Shown: positions 11,793-23,312 of the stretch, piece after piece
Layout of the letters: each line of letters opens with the position of its first letter
Position numbering within the stretch: the stretch's first letter is position 1
IMG/VR virus record: IMGVR_UViG_3300028833_000145
From: an uncultured virus (IMG/VR IMGVR_UViG_3300028833_000145)
Lineage: Duplodnaviria; Heunggongvirae; Uroviricota; Caudoviricetes
DNA: 64,000 nucleotides
Strand: one strand, 5' to 3'
Program-made: the position numbers and the translations under genes
The notes under the pieces: generated by a model
The model's input: the letters and a program-made list of their open reading frames with translations, nothing else
Told to the model about the DNA's origin: nothing
Database searches by the model: none

Positions 11793-14646
11793 CAATTAGA
11801 CATTCCTGAATCTAGTAGTCTAGAAAGTTGACTCCGGCAACATTCAAGACTTTATGCGAGCTTGGCTTCGCTAGGAATGCAAAGACTTCAAGCTGGTGTT
11901 CATCTAGAAGAAGAATGCAAGTGATGAAGAGAAGAAAGCAATCACATACGCCTGTGGATTTGCTAGTGCAATTGGATATAGCGACCTTGTAGTTGCTGTC
12001 ACTTCAGAAGATGAAGTGCCAGAAGCAATGATGACAAAGATCTTGAAAAACACAAGCATTCTTCCAGTTGACAAGATGGAAGTGCTTAGAATGAGAGCTG
12101 AAGTAGGTAAACAAAAGATTGAAAACTAGAAAATTGAAAAACTTGAATAGAAAGCTGAATAGAATATTGAGACAATGAATGCTATTGAGAACAAGCAAAA
12201 GCTTGTAGAAAAAGACAATACTACTAAGATGATGCCGCAATAGAAGTTAATGGATGATGAAGTTGGTTAGAAGAAAGAAGTTGAGAAAGTTAATGTTGCA
12301 AAACCTGTTGAGAAAGTCTTCTTCAAGATAATTGTGCCAAACTACAACAACATAGCATACATCAAGAAGTGCTTAGATAGTATTCTTGAATAGACATTCC
12401 AAGACTTCAAGATAATTGTTGTTGATGATTTGAGCACAGATGGAAGTGATAAGTTTTGTGAAACATATTCTAAAAAATATCCAGATAAGATCATATTTAA
12501 ACAGTTAGAGAAAAAAGGATATGCTGGAGCAGCTAGAAATGTTGGGCTTGACTATCCAATAGAATGCAAATATATCTTATTTGTTGATTCAGATGATTGG
12601 TTATATAATCTTGATGTATTAAAAAACATTCATAAATCGATATTAAACTCTAAGACAGATGTAAAGCTAATAAAAATGGCTATGTTTCATTTTTATGGAA
12701 AAAATGATTCTAGAAATTTTGTAAAGAAGTTTAAAGATGACTTAACATTAGAATATTCATTTTATAAAGGATGTGGACCTGGACGTACATGCATATCATC
12801 TGATTTAGCTAAATGCAAATTTAAAGAAAACAGACGAGTAGCTAATGATGTCATATGGTTTATGCGGTGCATTGACAACATAACTAGTAAAAATCTTTTA
12901 AACATATCTTTTCCGTGCTAGACTTATAATTGCATAAGTGTAACAAGTGGAACTAATATTATAAAGAAAAACAAAAAGTCTAAAGAATTTATATCATCTA
13001 TGAGATTGCTTTTGCAAGATCTTAAAGATGAAGTTTTTAAAACTAGCATTGTTAAAAACATATAGAGAAATCTCATAAATTTGTATTCTCTTCAATTTCC
13101 AGATCCAAAACCTGATATGAAAGAAAAATCAATTGTATCTTAGAATATTCCATCATCAATAAAGAACAATATAAAGTATGAACTTTAGACCTCTCTAAAA
13201 ACAGAAAACAAAATACATGTTTTACTTGTAAATTTTGGTAACACTATAGATTACACTCGTCAAGCTATAAATGATCTTTTAGTTTAGACTGAAGATTTTG
13301 ATTTGACAATAATTGACAATAATTCAGATACTTTAGATGCTAATCATAAGTATTTCAAGCTTCTTTACCATAATTGGAACTTTCCAAAAAGACATTTGCA
13401 TGTCATTGGACTTAAAAATACTATTGCACTAAACCATATATGGAATTCATTTTTTGAAATGACTTCAAATCCATGGTTATGTTTTTTGAATAATGACGTG
13501 TGCATTCCAGAAAATTTCATATCAGATGGCATTCAAGTGATTGAGAAAGAAAAAAATGTTGGAATAATAAATCATGCTACTAACAATCCAAAATATAAAG
13601 TATCAAACATTTTGAATTATAAAATATATGATAGAACATCTAATTCATTCATGCATCGTTAGGGATGGGACTTTACAATAAGTCGTGAAGTATTTATGAA
13701 AATTCCAGAAGAATTTTCTACTTTTGTTGGAGATAGCATATAGTTTAATAGTGCATATATAAAATCAAAAGATATAGTTTTCCTATATTCTTCTCCTATA
13801 ATTCATTATTGTTCAACTTCTAGAAAGAAAAATCGAGCATATTTTTATGAAGTGCTAAAAAAAGAAAGAGCATTGTTTTTATCAAATGACAAATATAAAG
13901 AATATGGAAATACTAACACATATGATGTTGATAAAAGTCTTTCTTTGATGAAACCTGAAGACATAAACCTTTTGAAACAAAATGTGTATTGCAATAAGAC
14001 TGACATCATAGTTTCTATGACTACACACCGTGGAAGAATATCAAACATTCCTAAAGTTCTTAAGTCGATTCTTAATCAAACATATAAACCAGCTAAGATC
14101 ATAATAAACATATCAATAGAAGAATTCAAGAATGAAAGAAGCATTCCGGATGATGTTTTTCATTTTATCATGACTAATAACATCGAATTGAATTGGGAAA
14201 AAACAAACACTAAAGTCTATAAGAAAATAATTCCAACTTTATTGAAATATAAAAATAGCTTAGTTCTTTCAATTGATGATGATTTTATTTATCCAACAAC
14301 CATGATAGAGGATTTCTATAATATATATAAGAAAAATCCTAATTCTCCAATATCTGGCAATAGAATAACTAAATTTGGAATGGATTGTCATTGTGGATGT
14401 GCAAGTCTAGTTCAATATAAGTTCTTTGGCATTTATATTGAAGACTATCTAAAATATTATAGTCATTGTCCAAGTAGTGATATATTTTTCACTATGACAG
14501 CACTTAAAAATGGCTATAAGTATGTTAGAACAAAAAATTTGTATTTTAAAAACCTAAAAACTATACCAAGTAATTATGGTTATTCAAAGGGTGGCTCAAT
14601 AAACATGATTAATGTTACATATAATTGGTTAAAGAAAAATATATGA
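11776..14646 (+). CDS. Multidomain glycosyltransferase with three GT2/GT-A domains (956 aa, TAG=Gln)
   Basis: One frame to TGA 14646. IIVPNYN..CLDSILE*TF..VDDLSTD..FVDSDD; second domain LLV*T..IIDNNS..FLNND; third domain SILNQTY..SIDDD. Confidence 0.85.
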
Positions 14647-15344
14647 AAAACATTGATAATTTTATATCGCTTGGTTAGGATTGCAGTACATTTCTGTTTA
14701 TAACTCCAACAAATAAACATAAAGCTGGATTTTTTGATAGATTTGCAATTTATTCTAGTGATTATTTAAAATTTTTTGATAAAGATTTCTTGTTAAAGAA
14801 CAAAAACAACATATAGATATATTGTAAATCATCAATATAGCATCTATTAAAAATATTTTCATTAGTAAAAAATAAGCAAATTCATAAAAAAATGCGATTG
14901 CATTTTTTAATCATATATGGTGACAAATATGATAATGGTCTTATAGATGTTATTCATGTTGATAATGCTATTTTATATAATTTAGTTTAGTCCAATGATT
15001 TGCAGTCTTTTTTGCTTAAGATCGAACATAATGTTATTCCACACATAAAAGATAGAATAATTAGAAATATTGAAAACCATCTTAAACTATTTGATAATCC
15101 AGACAATAAAAACTTATTTGTACGAACTGTTAAACATCATATGTCAGAAAAAGAAGCTGCTGATTTAAAACAACTAAATTCTATTATTCTTCAAAAATTC
15201 AAAAATTCAAAGCTCTTAGTAATCACTGATGTTAATGACAATCTAACATATAAGCTAGATTTTGTAAAGTTTTTGTAGTTTGATCATTGGAAATCTAATG
15301 AGATTGCCATTGCAAATTTTAACAAAATAGTAGAAGAATTTTAA
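14643..15344 (+). CDS. Hypothetical protein with DUF1796-like N-terminus (FISLG*DCS), TAG=Gln
   Basis: ATGA overlap with upstream gene; frame open except TAG to TAA 15344. Confidence 0.55.
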
Positions 15345-15355
15345 GGACACCAAAT

Positions 15356-16129
15356 ATGAACAACAAAATCAAAGTCGGAATAATTGGCTGTGGATTCATT
15401 GGCACAGCTTTGAATGAGTGGCTCAAGCAGAGCAACCCAGATGTTGAGACAAGAGTAAGTGACCCTCCAAAAGGGATAAATGATGACATAAGCAATTGTG
15501 ATGCTTACTTCATCTAGATCCATCTGCCAACAGAAGCAGATGGGACATAGAACACCTAGCTTCTTGAGAGCTTAGTTGCAAAGTGCCCAGACAACACACC
15601 AATCTGGATTCGCACAACAATACTTCCTGGGACATCAGCAATGCTGTCAAAGAAGACTGGAAAAGTTGTGTATCATATGCCTGAGTTCTTGACTGAACGC
15701 ACTTACCTTGAAGACTTCAAGTGGCAGCCAATGGTGTTCACTGGAGCACCGGAGCATGTTGAGCTTCTCAAGAGCATATTTCCTAGTAAGAAGCACATCA
15801 TCATGAGCTCTGAAGAAGCTGAGATGGTGAAGTATGCACACAATGTGTTTGGTGCATTGAAGGTCACTTACTTCAACTGCATCTATGATCTCTGCCAAAA
15901 GAGAGGACTTGACTATAGCAAAGTCCGTGAAGGAGTGCTTGGCTCAACATACATCAATGCTCCTCACACACAAGTACCCGGGCCAGATGGCAAACGAGGA
16001 CTAGGTGGCAAGTGCTTTCCAAAAGATGTAAGAGCTCTAGAAAAAGCATTTAGATATACACCACTTGGACGACTAATTGAGCCAATAATGAAATTGAATG
16101 AAGAGTTCAGAGGAGAGATCTTGCTTTAA
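15356..16129 (+). CDS. UDP-glucose/GDP-mannose dehydrogenase family protein (257 aa, TAG=Gln)
   Basis: Rossmann IIGCGFIG, PEFL, AEMVKY, catalytic GGKCFPKD. Confidence 0.85.
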
Positions 16130-16152
16130 GCAAAATTGAATCTTAGCCAAAG

Positions 16153-16183
16153 AAGATGGATCACCATAGGGTGATCCATCTTT
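16153..16183. terminator. Bidirectional intrinsic terminator-like hairpin
   Basis: AAGATGGATCACC-ATAG-GGTGATCCATCTT between convergent genes. Confidence 0.75.
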
Positions 16184-16239
16184 GTCATCTAGGTTGGTCC
16201 TAAGGTAGCGAATCTCGGCACTCTAGATGAAATCGCTTG

Positions 16240-16731
16240 TCAAAAGTCAAATGCTATTCCTATCTCAATAGCTGGCTTTGGCTTGTTCTCATATGGAGCA
16301 TCATCAGAGTTGTTCAAGTCACTGAATGCTATCCATGGTCTTGGATTTGGCTTCTTTGGTTTTGGTTTCTTGAAAACTTCATTTGGATCAATTCCATCAA
16401 GTGGATCTCCACTTAGCAAATCCCAAACAGAAGAAGACTAGTTCATCAATGTATCCAAATAAGATAATGATTCACTATCTTTTGATTTTCTGTAGTTTTT
16501 AGGTTTCTTCCCAGTTAAGATAAAATCAGCTTCACTTGCATCCGAACTTAGCTGCTTGCTCTCTGTATCGATCTTTAATGAACTGCTCAAGCTAGTCAAT
16601 TCTGAGCTCTATTGCATCATGGTCATCTCTTGTGAGATTCCATGAATCTCTGATGACTTCTCTTCTGAGGTCTCTAAGCATCCTAGTGACACTTTCTGGA
16701 ATTGTTGGTTGTTGCATGATTTTGTTGTCAT
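16240..16731 (-). CDS. Hypothetical protein(s), TAG=Gln; alternative model is 16532-16717 plus 16240-16446
   Basis: Two overlapping frames are open once TAG is read through. Confidence 0.35.
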
Positions 16732-16746
16732 TGTGAAATCTTTATG

Positions 16747-18582
16747 TCAAGCTACACGAATCTTCTGTCCAATTCCTATCTTGTTTGGATCTTTGATTTT
16801 CTTGTTGAGTGCAAGAATCTTGTCAACCGTTGTCTTGTTGTCTCTTGCTATCTTTCCAAGTGTATCTCCACTCTTCACTACTACAACTACAGCTTTGTGC
16901 TACTTGTTCCAGTCTTTCCAAGTTGTCATTGTGCCTGGAACTACATATTTAGGATCATGCTCTGGAAGATATCCAAAATGGTGTGACCCAATCTTCAAAG
17001 TGCATTTCTTTCCCCATGTGTCAACATTTGACTTGTCAGCCTTCTCTTTGTTGATGTAAGCATTTCTGTTTCCAATAGTTGACTTGAATTTCTTGTCAAC
17101 TAAGTCAAGTGCAATAGAGTTGCACTCATCCCAAATAGCTTTGTTGTCTGGATTTTCAGCAATTGCCTTAGCCGGCACATACCAAAGATAAGTCTTATCT
17201 GTCCAACCTCCAGTATATCCCTTCAAGCATGTAAATGCACTTGGCTCTTTGAGAACAGCAATGATGTTTGATGGAGTGTTGTCAGCTCTGTTTAAGATCA
17301 CTGAAGCAACAGCTTTTCTTCCAGCCGTTCCTTCAGCTTTTCCTCTAGCTTCTTTCCAAAGGACTTGTGCAATAGCATTCACAACATTTGTCTTGCTCAT
17401 TTCACCAATCATCACATTTCCTACTGCAGCATTTGTTATTGCTTTCTTTGCTGCTGGAGAGTTCACGGTCAAAGCTTTGTCTGCTTGCTTTGCTTTGCCA
17501 AGCTCTTTTGCAAGTGGTGCTGCTGGAAGAAGATTTGGAATTGCCATCATAGCAGCAATGACTGACACTTTCACCAAGTTGCTAACACCTTCATCTAGAT
17601 TCTCAACTTCTTGAAGTCTCTAGACAAAAGCTTGAGCATCTGAATCTTGAAGGTGCTTCAAAGACATGTTGTCTTTGATGCTCTGCAAGATGACATCAAC
17701 TATCTCATTATCTTTGACTGCTTCACCATCTTGAAGTCGGTCATAGACCTTTATTACATCTTTCAAGATCTAGAGATACCCAAACTTCTCAAGAAACTTG
17801 AATGCCGCATCTACAACATGTTGTGTCCTGTCTTTACGACGCTTGAGAGCTTCTTCTTTAGACTTAGCATCTTTCTAGTAGTTAGATCTGACTTTCTTCA
17901 TTGTCTTGAAAAGCTTAGAAGCTGCTTCAAGTCTTTTGTAGATCTCTTTTACTTGCTCCTTCTTGAATCCTTCATCTTGAGTCTTGTAGCTAGTAAAAGC
18001 TAGTTCATAGAGTTCAAAGATCTTCTCACGAATGTCTTTGAGAATCTTGTCAACTTGCTTCATTGCATCAGCATAGTATTCAGAAACAGGATCAAAATCT
18101 TCGCTTTTCAACTCTGGACCAACTTCCCACTTCTTCTCTGTGAAGTTGTAGCAACCAACTGACATGAAGCACTAGAATGGATTTGGATTGAAATAGACTT
18201 CTAATGGATGAGTTCCTATCTTCGCATCTTCTGGAAACTTCTCCATGTAGTTCTCAATGAAGTTCTTCTTGAAAGCCCATCCAAACTCTTTGACGACATC
18301 TTCATCTGAATCATCTTGAGTAGCACCGGTTGCACAGAAATCAATGTCAATGTCAGAGTTCTCACTCCAAGAGTTGGAGCAAATAGAGCCAATGACATAT
18401 ACACTCAAGTTGTTGAAATGATATTGATCCTAAACCCACTCTAAAGCGGACTATAGCTTCCTAAGTGCTTCTTCAGACAGCACCGGCTTGCCGCTTCCTG
18501 GCACATTCTGCCATACCATAGGATCAAGTCCTGGCTTTGGTGTATCTAAAACAGATTCAAGAAGCTATAGAGCATCAAACAT
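16747..18582 (-). CDS. Fusion of nucleotidyltransferase-like domain, SleB/Hydrolase_2 cell-wall hydrolase and C-terminal LysM (611 aa, TAG=Gln)
   Basis: [19 protein letters not shown] (hGS..DxD); [53 protein letters not shown]. One frame from ATG 18582 to TGA 16747. Confidence 0.8.
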
Positions 18583-19379
18583 CAGTTCTCTTCTCCTCCA
18601 ACGGGCATTGTTTCCGCTTTCTTTTGGTCTGCAATCTTCTTGTTTCTTGCAGCCATCCAAGCTAGAAACTCATTTCTCTTCTTAGCTTTCTCTTCTTCAG
18701 CTCGTTTGTTGAAGTGATCTAAGTCATATGACTTATTTGCTCTATAGATCTTTGATTCACCATCAGAGCTGTTTCCAAGATTGAATGAAGCTCCAGCATT
18801 GCTAGAATTAAGAACTGAAAATGAATCTTCAATTGCTCTGACATATCTCTTGAATTCAAGTGGATTAGCCCCAGCATCTTCAGCAGCTTTTATCTTTTGT
18901 GGAACATCTTGAGCTAGAGATGCTTTCACGGTCTTGAGAAATCTTGGAACAGCAGTTTTGAAAACATCAGAGTTGAAGAAAAGATCAATGTCAAAGCCAA
19001 ACTTGTTCATTGCTGCATCTTTAGAGAGAACCATAACTTCCGTGTTGCTTATCCATTCCCAAATATACCAACTTGGTCTTCCTCTGACTTGCTGTCTCAT
19101 GATGTGAGACTTCAGCTTTGGTACAAAGACAACAAAGAACTTCTTTCCAATTGATTTCTAGAAGCTTGAAATGAACTTGAATCCACACAAAAAGCCAAGT
19201 TTGTCAAAACCACATGAGTACTGGAGCTCTTTCTCTAAGTTTTGAATTGGTTTCACACCAAGAGTGCACAAAAGTTTTTTCTCTGAAACAACTCCGCCAA
19301 GAGAAGCTTCTTCAGAGAATTTTACTGGCTTTAGCCCTTGTGTTGCTTCTTTCTGGTCTTCTTCACTTTCTTTCATCAT
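18582..19379 (-). CDS. Hypothetical protein (265 aa, TAG=Gln)
   Basis: Joins 19158-19379 and 18582-19100 across one TAG. Confidence 0.65.
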
Positions 19380-19435
19380 AACTTTTATACTTACCTAGTA
19401 TAGAGTCTTAGAAGTCAATGAAGAATCAATCTACA

Positions 19436-20140
19436 TCAAACTTTAGCAATGACCTAAATCATTCCTAATGACAAAGATATCAAATATGTAGTATTAGCAG
19501 AAAATACAACATTTGAGGCATTCAACTCAGCAACTTTCTCTGTTCCATCATTTGCACTAAATGAAATCAATGTAGTTGAAGCAGAATCACCAACCATTAG
19601 ATCTGCATCTCCAATAGTGAACTTCAACTTGTAAGTCTTTCCTTCAGAGTAGTTTTGCAAGATTATGTTCTTTGGATTAGTTGAGAAATTCTTCAATATT
19701 GAGCATTGATATGGTTGTACTCGATATCCCGGAGTTATTTGATCTGGGGTATTTGTATACTCAACTGTTACTACTTGAGTTTCAATAGCTTGATTCAAAT
19801 ATTCAATAGCAGTCTCATGGTCGTTGACCTTACCAACAATATTTGTAACACAAAGTGCATTTTCATTGACTATGTCAACAACATTCACAACACTTATTGC
19901 AAGCTATGGAATATATTTGACACTCAAACAAGTGTCTCTTGCACTTAAATAGAGATCATCAACACTTAGAAAAAGATTATGAATATCATTAATATTGTTG
20001 TTGATCTTATTATCAAAATCAGCTGAAATTGACTTCAACTGCTCTATTGTGCTATCAAGAATAGAAGTACCAAATACCGGATCAATGATTTTGTAGTCAC
20101 CAATCTACTCATGTGTTGGATGTATGTACTAAGTGCTCAT
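19436..20140 (-). CDS. Hypothetical, probably virion protein (234 aa, TAG=Gln)
   Basis: ATG 20140 (MST*YIH) to TGA 19436; contains track ORF 19454-19888. Confidence 0.6.
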
Positions 20141-20216
20141 TCTGCTAGTCGCCTTGATATTGTAAATTCATTTGATATTTACCAACTAGCAAACATTCTA
20201 GATTTGAAACTTCAAC

Positions 20217-20744
20217 TCAACAAACAACTTCTTGTCCATTGAAGTCTGGATTTTTGACATCTAGAACTACTAAAGCTTTCAAGATTGAAGGAATAGTCTC
20301 TTGTTCAAGGTGATTAGCAATCTGCTCTATAGTAATAGACTTCTCTGGCCGGCCAAACAAATCATGGGCATAGTCTTCTCCAATAAACCAATGATCTCTG
20401 TTCAATTCTTCAATTCGTCTAAGCAGTTCAGCTGATTCACTAGATCCAGCAAAAGTGCAACCACAATAGAGTTCAATTCCTAGTTCATCTATTGTTCCAG
20501 TGTTTGTTATTCCATCAAGTTTTGTTCCTGTGACATCTACATATGCTACTCTGACAATTGAAGAAGTCATTGGAGTAAAACTAGATGGATGGATCATTTT
20601 TCCAGAGACAAATGGCAACTCATACTCTCCAATATACCATTTGAATCCATCTTTCTCCCCACTTGAGCACAATCTAATGTTTCGCCAATCAGCAAAAGTT
20701 GATTTAGCAGAGTTGTCATCAGTTGATAGATTTATCTTCACCAT
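20217..20744 (-). CDS. Hypothetical protein
   Basis: 175-aa ORF in a tightly packed TAG-free operon. Confidence 0.65.
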   Translation of the reverse strand: MVKINLSTDDNSAKSTFADWRNIRLCSSGEKDGFKWYIGEYELPFVSGKMIHPSSFTPMTSSIVRVAYVDVTGTKLDGITNTGTIDELGIELYCGCTFAGSSESAELLRRIEELNRDHWFIGEDYAHDLFGRPEKSITIEQIANHLEQETIPSILKALVVLDVKNPDFNGQEVVC

Positions 20745-21379
20745 TTTGGATTCCCATGTATTTCTACTTTCTTGTCTGAAAGAACTTTTATTCTAAAAAG
20801 CTCATCTGATCTCTTGCTAAACAAATAATTCAAATATCTAATAAGCTCTTCTTCTTGAACAACTTGATAGTTCCAAACATCTACTCCAACATTGACATTG
20901 AGAACAGAATGTGTCAAATCAAGGCAATGCTTCCACTTCTTGTGAACATGCCCACACAAGTGAATTGTTCCTTCTGTGAAAGTTCCAATTGCTCTCTTGT
21001 CATAAGATGGATAATGTGCAGCTGAAACAAATGGATATCTCTTTCCAAGACCAAGATTCAATGAATTTCCAATGCAAAACACTCCATTGTTGATGTCATG
21101 ATTTCCTCTCAAGTTGACAAAAGTTGCTGGAATCTTTGCAACTATCTCTGCTGGCTTTTCTTTTAGTCCATGATATCCACGATCAATTCCATATGAAGCA
21201 AAATCTCCAATATGGATTATTGTATCATTTGTCTTAGCTTTCTCTAAAGTTGATTTCAAGAAAGCTGCTTTCATAGCATCAACATCTTTGAATGGACGAA
21301 CAGCATCTCCCATGACTTTCTTGTCAAGGAGAATTGAGCTTCCTAAATGCCAATCTGCCGTCCAAATTCGTTGTGCCAT
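20738..21379 (-). CDS. Calcineurin-like metallophosphoesterase
   Basis: DWH, HIGD, GNHD, GHVH, NVGVD motifs. Confidence 0.85.
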   Translation of the reverse strand: MAQRIWTADWHLGSSILLDKKVMGDAVRPFKDVDAMKAAFLKSTLEKAKTNDTIIHIGDFASYGIDRGYHGLKEKPAEIVAKIPATFVNLRGNHDINNGVFCIGNSLNLGLGKRYPFVSAAHYPSYDKRAIGTFTEGTIHLCGHVHKKWKHCLDLTHSVLNVNVGVDVWNYQVVQEEELIRYLNYLFSKRSDELFRIKVLSDKKVEIHGNPKW

Positions 21380-21406
21380 GACCGTAAAAATTCATATGTG
21401 CCTTAG

Positions 21407-21691
21407 TCAAGACTCCATGTCTTTAAGATGCTTTGCTGTATGTTCAATCAATATTGTCTGTCTTGATGGGTGGATTGTGAAATTCTTCCACTCAAACATA
21501 TCACAAATCTCTTTGAATGAAATCTCTCTTGTTTGGACATTTCCACCACCGCCAGTTACAATCTCATAGACAAATCTAGCTTTGCTAGTTCCTTCATCTT
21601 CAATTGACCAGCCAATTCTTGACCACATCTTGCTTTTGGCAACTTTGTCCGCTAATGCTTGCAATGGCATTGTCTTGATGTTCAACCACAT
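21407..21691 (-). CDS. Hypothetical protein
   Basis: ORF overlapping its neighbour in the operon. Confidence 0.6.
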   Translation of the reverse strand: MWLNIKTMPLQALADKVAKSKMWSRIGWSIEDEGTSKARFVYEIVTGGGGNVQTREISFKEICDMFEWKNFTIHPSRQTILIEHTAKHLKDMES

Positions 21692-22059
21692 ATCTTGTCT
21701 TCTTTCTCCAATTGTTCTTCTTGATTCTCTGACAACAAGTTCTTTTCATTTGTAGAAGTTCTTTTCACAAGATGAAATTTCCAATCTTTCAACTCCGGTT
21801 CACTTGAAAAGAACTCTAGCCATTTTTCTGGAGAAGCAAATCCTTGAATATTATCATAGTTCTCACATGGAAAATGCTTAGCTTCTGATGCAGATTCAAC
21901 TATCTTGTAGATTCCTGATCTAGGATTAGCTTTTATCTCATCATTTGATCTAAATGCAAGACAACCTGTTTCACTATGGTTGTCTCTTTTGAAACCAAAG
22001 AGAATACACCATCTTTTAGTTTTTTTAGGTGTTGGAATCTTCTTTGTTGATCTCTTCAT
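21682..22059 (-). CDS. Hypothetical protein
   Basis: ORF in operon. Confidence 0.6.
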   Translation of the reverse strand: MKRSTKKIPTPKKTKRWCILFGFKRDNHSETGCLAFRSNDEIKANPRSGIYKIVESASEAKHFPCENYDNIQGFASPEKWLEFFSSEPELKDWKFHLVKRTSTNEKNLLSENQEEQLEKEDKICG

Positions 22060-22471
22060 CTATGCAACTTTTTTTATCAGATTTTTCAATGTTTTCACTA
22101 CTAGCATCTATATCTTTCTTTTCTGAATCCACAATTCCAGATTCCCTAGCTGCTGTTATTAAATTATCTCCAACATCTTTAAAATCTCTATCCAAAAGCA
22201 TTTTCGCTTGAATTAAGCTTACTACTAAAAGAAAAAATGTTCCATAAAAAGGATCTGCCAATGAAATCATCCACCATGCAGATCCAATTAAAATACTCTT
22301 TATCAAGAGCATCACAAGATAAGCTTTTCCAACTATTTTTATCAATGAAGTTTCAAAATCACCTTTAGAAGCTATGTTTTGAAACAATTTTTTATGCTTT
22401 GAAACTAATTCTTTAGCACTATCTTCATCTATATATGCCATATATTGACATGATATAGACTTAGGCCTCAC
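22025..22471 (-). CDS. Hypothetical membrane protein (two hydrophobic helices)
   Basis: Hydrophobic segments LVMLLIKSILIGSAWWMI and FFLLVVSLI. Confidence 0.6.
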   Translation of the reverse strand: MRPKSISCQYMAYIDEDSAKELVSKHKKLFQNIASKGDFETSLIKIVGKAYLVMLLIKSILIGSAWWMISLADPFYGTFFLLVVSLIQAKMLLDRDFKDVGDNLITAARESGIVDSEKKDIDASSENIEKSDKKSCIDEEINKEDSNT

Positions 22472-23280
22472 TTGGCATAGCCAAATGCTTCATCTTCAGC
22501 TAATGTTGCTTCTTTCATCTCTCTAGTTGGTGGTTCAAGAGCAACTTCCATTGAGTCATAATTAGCTAAAGTCTTAGGTTTTTCAGTAATTTGCTTGCCA
22601 AACCATGCAATTGGATCAATAGCCCGATGCCAAATCTGAACAGATGAACCTGGAATATAATTGCCTTCGGTGTACCAACAAGATTTAGAAGGTTTTGCAA
22701 CTACAACAAACTCACCATCTTTACATTGAGTTCCATCCTGCTTAAATGGATTAACAAATGAGTGGTAGATATCTCTAGAGATGTTTTGATCAGTAATCTT
22801 GTCTTCAATTGCAACTCTCCAAACTCCATCAGTAACTAAACCATCCCAAATCTTTTTACATAAGCTAGTTGCATATTCTTCAGATATCTCTCCATTTTTT
22901 GAAGACCACCATTGCAACTCAACTTGTGCTGGAATCGTTGACTCAGAATTGTTATCTTGACTAAGTTTTGTTGCTTGCTCAGCAATAGCATCTTTAAGAT
23001 TTTCAATGACATCAACTTTAGCTAAAGCTTGCCCGGCTTTTGAAGCAAAAGCATCTTTCTCAACAATCCAAGTCTTCTCAGACTTCTTAAATTTTAACTT
23101 GAGCCATTTCTCTGCAATTTGATAAAGCTCAACAAGTGGAGTCTCTTTATCTTCTCTTTCAAGAGCCGATGGATCTAGTTTGAAGATTGCATTTGTCAAG
23201 TTCTTGTTCAGCTTCTCACCAAACTCTACTTCTTCACCTAGCTCAACTGTAGTTTCCTTGCTGTTGTCTTCTACCATCAT
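22468..23280 (-). CDS. Hypothetical protein
   Basis: 270-aa ORF, no TAG. Confidence 0.7.
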   Translation of the reverse strand: MMVEDNSKETTVELGEEVEFGEKLNKNLTNAIFKLDPSALEREDKETPLVELYQIAEKWLKLKFKKSEKTWIVEKDAFASKAGQALAKVDVIENLKDAIAEQATKLSQDNNSESTIPAQVELQWWSSKNGEISEEYATSLCKKIWDGLVTDGVWRVAIEDKITDQNISRDIYHSFVNPFKQDGTQCKDGEFVVVAKPSKSCWYTEGNYIPGSSVQIWHRAIDPIAWFGKQITEKPKTLANYDSMEVALEPPTREMKEATLAEDEAFGYAK

Positions 23281-23312
23281 GTCAATATATCCTTATTAAT
23301 ATTCTACAACTA

